The notes beneath the pieces are model-generated. The model was not told where the DNA came from, did no database searches, and was given only the letters and a program-made list of their open reading frames with translations. From Dimorphilus gyrociliatus (lineage: Eukaryota > Animalia > Annelida), in assembly GCA_904063045.1 (NCBI GenBank), contig CAJFCJ010000003.1:1178001-1242000 (forward strand): DNA of 64,000 nt, in the 5' to 3' direction. Shown piece after piece: positions 59,923 to 64,000 of the stretch (positions are counted from its first letter, which is position 1; each line of letters begins with the position of its first letter). Both the position numbers and the translations under genes were made by a program.

Positions 59923-61670
59923 ATGATTAATTTCCTTATTCTAGTTTTTGTGTGTTCCTTTAACATTGAAAATTTAAATGCTAATTGGTTCTTCAAAAAG
60001 GAAGACTGTTCTTCATTTGGAAATTGTTTATTAGGCGAATGGTCGTCATGGACCTTATGTTCCCAACCTTGCGGTGTACAAGGCACCACTAATCGTACCA
60101 GGCGAATAATCCAAAAGCCAAAATGCGGAGGATATCCATGTAAAGATACAACATATCAAGAAAAACCCTGCAATATAGATTGTGGAAAAGGTATACTGAA
60201 AAATGAGACTTGTGAATGTCCAACTGGATGGAAAGGGCCCTGCTGCAACAAAGGTATATAGAATTAATAGAATGAACAGCATTTCAGTAATTTACATGAT
60301 GAATCGAAAAGATATTGACGAATGTAAAGAACCAAACAATTGCTCTCAAATTTGCGTTAATACACCTGGATCATACGAATGTGAATGTCGATCCGGTTAT
60401 AAAAAGATTGATTTTTACACATGTTCAGGTAAATGATTGGATATATTCAAGCGTCTTATTAATGTTACAAAAATCTTCTCTTTAATTAATTAGACATCGA
60501 TGAATGTTTTGAAAAGAAATGTTCACAAAATTGCACAAATACTATTGGATCATTTAATTGTTCTTGTACACCTCCGTCTATTCTATTATCAGATGAGACA
60601 TCTTGCAGTGAATGTAAAGTTGATCACATGTGTTCACAGCACTGCATTGCTGGTAGACATAACTATCATTGTAAATGTTTTAATGGATATTTACAATCAC
60701 TTAGAAATCCACATAACTGTCTTGGTAAGCAAAAAGTAATTTAATAAATAAGTAAATAATAATGATGTAATTGTGAAATTTTCTAGATTTTAATGAATGC
60801 AGACATCGAGATCTCAATAAATGCTCACAAATTTGCATAAATACACCTGGAGCATATAAATGTGAATGTAAACCTGGATATTTGTCGAAAAATGAAGGAA
60901 GACAATGTATAGACATTAATGAATGCGAGAGTTTAAATGTGCATTGCAGTTACTACTGTAATAATACACCAGGATCATATTTTTGTCACTGTCCGAATGG
61001 TTTAAAATTAAATTCGATAAATAAAGAAGATTGCGAAGGTATTTAGTTTTTAGCATTTTGTAATATTAAAAGTTTATGTTATCTTCTCGATAAGACATTA
61101 ACGAATGTGAAGACAACAATGGAGGTTGTTCTTCTGCATGTATTAACACTTTTGGAAGTTATTTTTGTACTTGCGAAGAAAACTATTACATGACTGAAGA
61201 AAATGAATGTAAAAGTATGAATTATATAAAAATATTAATTAAAATATTCGATTTATGATAAAAATTATTTGAATAATTGATTAATTCTTTCTCTTATTTA
61301 AAGCTACGGAATATACACAAAGCTATTTGGAACTAAAGATACGTTTTCTTGTCTTTTTTTGTCTTTTTCTTTTGCTATGCGTAGTATTTGCTGTTACTAT
61401 AATAATTCTGTGCAGAAAGATAAAATTGACAGATAGGGTTGGAAACAATTCGGGATTATCGTCAGTATTATACATTATATATAATATATACTAATATATA
61501 GTATTAAAAATATGTTCCTACTTAACTTTAGAAACGGCCGAATAGCAGCTTCTGCAAATCAAACTTGCTCTCAGATTTCAAGTTATGATGAAAATGTCAG
61601 AAAATCAACTCACAGCCATATCTACTCCAATGAAGCTTGCTCTTATGATAACGCTTTTAATATGTATTAA
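59923..61670 (+). CDS. Type I membrane protein: TSP1 + EGF-like + 6 EGF + TM + Tyr-containing tail (paralog 2)
   Basis: Exons 59923-60253, 60312-60428, 60494-60724, 60787-61038, 61095-61214, 61304-~61460, ~61531-61670. Same exon plan as paralog 1; [25 protein letters not shown]. The frame of the last exon depends on a GTCAGT donor (moderate certainty). Confidence 0.85.
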
Positions 61671-62412
61671 AAAAAACTATATGTTTACATCAATTCTACA
61701 TAAAATACTGTAGAGCTTCTTGAAAAATACAGTCTATTAATTCCCTAAAGAGAAAAAACTATACGAGAGAGTTGAAATAGCGTTTCGAATGTTTAATAAC
61801 AAATGATATGGGGAGATGAAAAAGTTGTATAATCCTCCATCAGATAGGGTTAATAGTGCTATTGAGAAGAAAATGGATCTAAATCAAACATGTAGTAGAC
61901 AAACGTTCACCGCAACAATAAATTATGACGAATGTACAAAAATTTTGTCATCTTATGAAACAGTATTTTACTTTATTCAATCTGACATTCTTTCATGTCA
62001 ATAAAAATGTTTCATTCATCAAATGTTTCGTAATCTTCGTTACGCTGATCTCGATATTTAACAGACTAACAAAAAATGGTTTAACACTATATTTATTTCA
62101 CTATAAATTTCTCTACCTATAACTAAGTTCCTTCGCTGTTTTTCCCTCTTTTAATTCCTGGTTTACAGCAAATAATAAAGTACATTATAAAGGGTTCTTT
62201 GACATTTTCTAAAGTATAAGTGATAAAAAACAGGAAGCATTCACATGTTCAAGTGATCAAAAATTTCAATTCCTTATTGATAAATGTTCTCTTTCACTCT
62301 AAAGTATTTTGTGAAACAACTTCATATATGAATTTTGCAGATATTATTTTATCAAAAGTTTTTATTCATATTTTTTATTTCTTTTCTCTGATTTAAAGCT
62401 AGTTGTGATAAA

Positions 62413-64000
62413 ATGCTTTCTATCAGTCACGCTTGTAAGTTGCTTTTTTGTCATTATTTCTTACTTTTCGTTGAGGGGCTAAGAAAAACTGGTCAATGTG
62501 AAGTTCAACACTGCAAAGTTGAAGAGTGGAGCAGTTGGTCACAATGTTCTACAGTATGTAATAATGAAGGTAACACTACCAGAGTCAGAAAAGTGTCTGT
62601 TGAAGCATTTTGTGGAGGAACTGTCTGTCCTCCTCTAAGAGAAGTTCGACCGTGTCAGTCTTTATGCATACATGGAAATATCGAAGAAGAAGGCTTCTGC
62701 AAATGCAATCCAGGATGGATGGGAAACTGTTGTCATATAGGTAAGTCAATCAAAAATGTAATCATTTCATTGTAACAACTAATCAAATCTCAACTGTTTT
62801 GTTGTAGATATTGATGAATGTAACAAGACAACCACGTGTAAATACATATGCAAGAATACTGAAGGATCGTATCAATGTTTATGTCCTTCCGGTCACAAAA
62901 CGGTAGGAAATGAGTGTATAGGTATAAACGCATACATTATCTCTTTTAATCATCCAATACATTACAATGTATTTGCTTCAATAAAGATATTGACGAGTGT
63001 TCATTGGACATGTGTGATCAACGCTGCAAGAACTCGATTGGTTCTTTTACTTGTAGTTGTGAAGAAGGATACAAGTTAACAGAAGATCTAGTGCATTGCG
63101 AAGAAGTCAACGATTGTTCAATAGATAATAAATGTCATCAATTGTGCATTAAGGATGAAAACAATGATGACAAATGCTTATGTAGATATGGATTCTATTA
63201 TTCGAGTATAAAGCAGAAATGTTATGGTAAATATTCAATTGATGAGGAATAATTAGGATAATTTGTTATCTCTCTCTCTCTCTTTTAAATTCCAATTAAT
63301 AAATTGCAGATATTGATGAGTGTTTGGCAAATGATAAAGTCTGTGATCACAATTGCACTAATACTGCTGGTTCCTTCATTTGTAAATGTAATGAAGGATA
63401 TAAGACAATAAACAAAGGAAGAACTTGCCAGGATATAGATGAATGTAAGGAATTTGTAACAAATTGTCCATTTTTTTGTGAAAATACTCCTGGCTCATAT
63501 AAATGTTCATGTCCAGTCGGTTTTCAGTTAGATCCATTTACTTCGAGATGTCAAGGTAAAATATATTCTTTTCCTCTGTCTCTCTCTCCCTCACTCGCTT
63601 TCTCTATGTGCAGTTGTATTATGAACAAGTTTATATTCTCTTTAGATATAGATGAATGCCAGACTGAAAGTCATGGCTGTGGGGATAGTTGCATCAATAC
63701 TCATGGAAGTTTTCGCTGCACATGTAAAGACGGATTTAGTGCGGTGAATGGTACATGTAAAGAGGGTAATGGACAACAACTAATTAGTTGATTTTCATAA
63801 AAACAACTTACTTTTGCTTTCGTTTTCAGATAAAAAATTGCCAGTTGATGAAAATTCTGAACTGGATCTTAAATATATTATTTCAATAGTAGTATCGGTC
63901 TGCATTTTTCTGTTCCTGATTTTGTTAATCTATAAATTAGGAAAAAGACACGGAAGAAGAAATAAAAATGGAGCGAAAATAAGAAGAAATATGAAAAGAA
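62413..64000 (+). CDS. Type I membrane protein: TSP1 + EGF-like + 6 EGF + TM (paralog 3, runs off the window end)
   Basis: Exons 62413-62740, 62808-62921, 62987-63226, 63310-63555, 63646-63765, 63830->64000. WSSWSQCSTVC; DIDEC repeats; TM YIISIVVSVCIFLFLILLIY followed by a basic stretch. Confidence 0.87.

Noticed and set aside
48380-60916. Antisense or alternative-frame ORFs over genes (48380-48649, 54330-54563, 57604-57807, 58141-58374, 58451-58645, 58512-58781, 59880-60089, 60055-60282, 60500-60739, 60701-60916)
   Set aside because: Shadows of the real exons.
1-64000. tRNA, rRNA, snRNA, CRISPR arrays, autonomous transposons
   Set aside because: No T-loop/cloverleaf, rRNA or Sm-class signature, repeat-spacer array, transposase or RT ORF seen by eye. 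The DNA is eukaryotic. Short degenerate elements could be missed.

Overview
Eukaryotic (animal) DNA from a compact, AT-rich genome. Most modelled introns are ~50-110 nt; (TA)n and (GA)n microsatellites are common. The style fits a genome-compacted lophotrochozoan such as the annelid Dimorphilus, but that is inference only. The window has two parts. (1) 1-42.7 kb: an intronless SoxB1 gene (2594-3580) followed by a ~39 kb desert with no credible coding exon. The desert holds many GC/CpG-richer islands carrying recurrent motifs: GTCACGTGA x8, TGACGTCA x4 (plus one in the promoter), CGCAGGTR x5 (plus two upstream) and an unassigned 8-mer GCGTCTAA x11 (plus one upstream). This looks like the SoxB1 enhancer landscape. 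(2) 42.7-64 kb: a gene-dense block of mostly secreted, surface or immune-like genes. It contains two single-exon secreted proteins (Caspr-type fibrinogen-like domain plus degenerate F-type-lectin-like domain) and an inverted pseudogene fragment of one of them, a 2-exon prepropeptide releasing an alpha-conotoxin-shaped peptide (GCCDMDIFCLVSEGDC), a ~956-aa death-domain/(ZU5-UPA)x2 protein with an SF|S FIIND-like motif whose disordered N-terminus is encoded by nine frame-symmetric small exons, a 206-aa orphan, and three tandem TSP1-EGF transmembrane receptors with identical exon structure but different tails. The best candidate for a new system is the micro-exon/FIIND-like death-domain gene. All gene models were spliced by hand and all domain calls come from motif recognition, not database searches.
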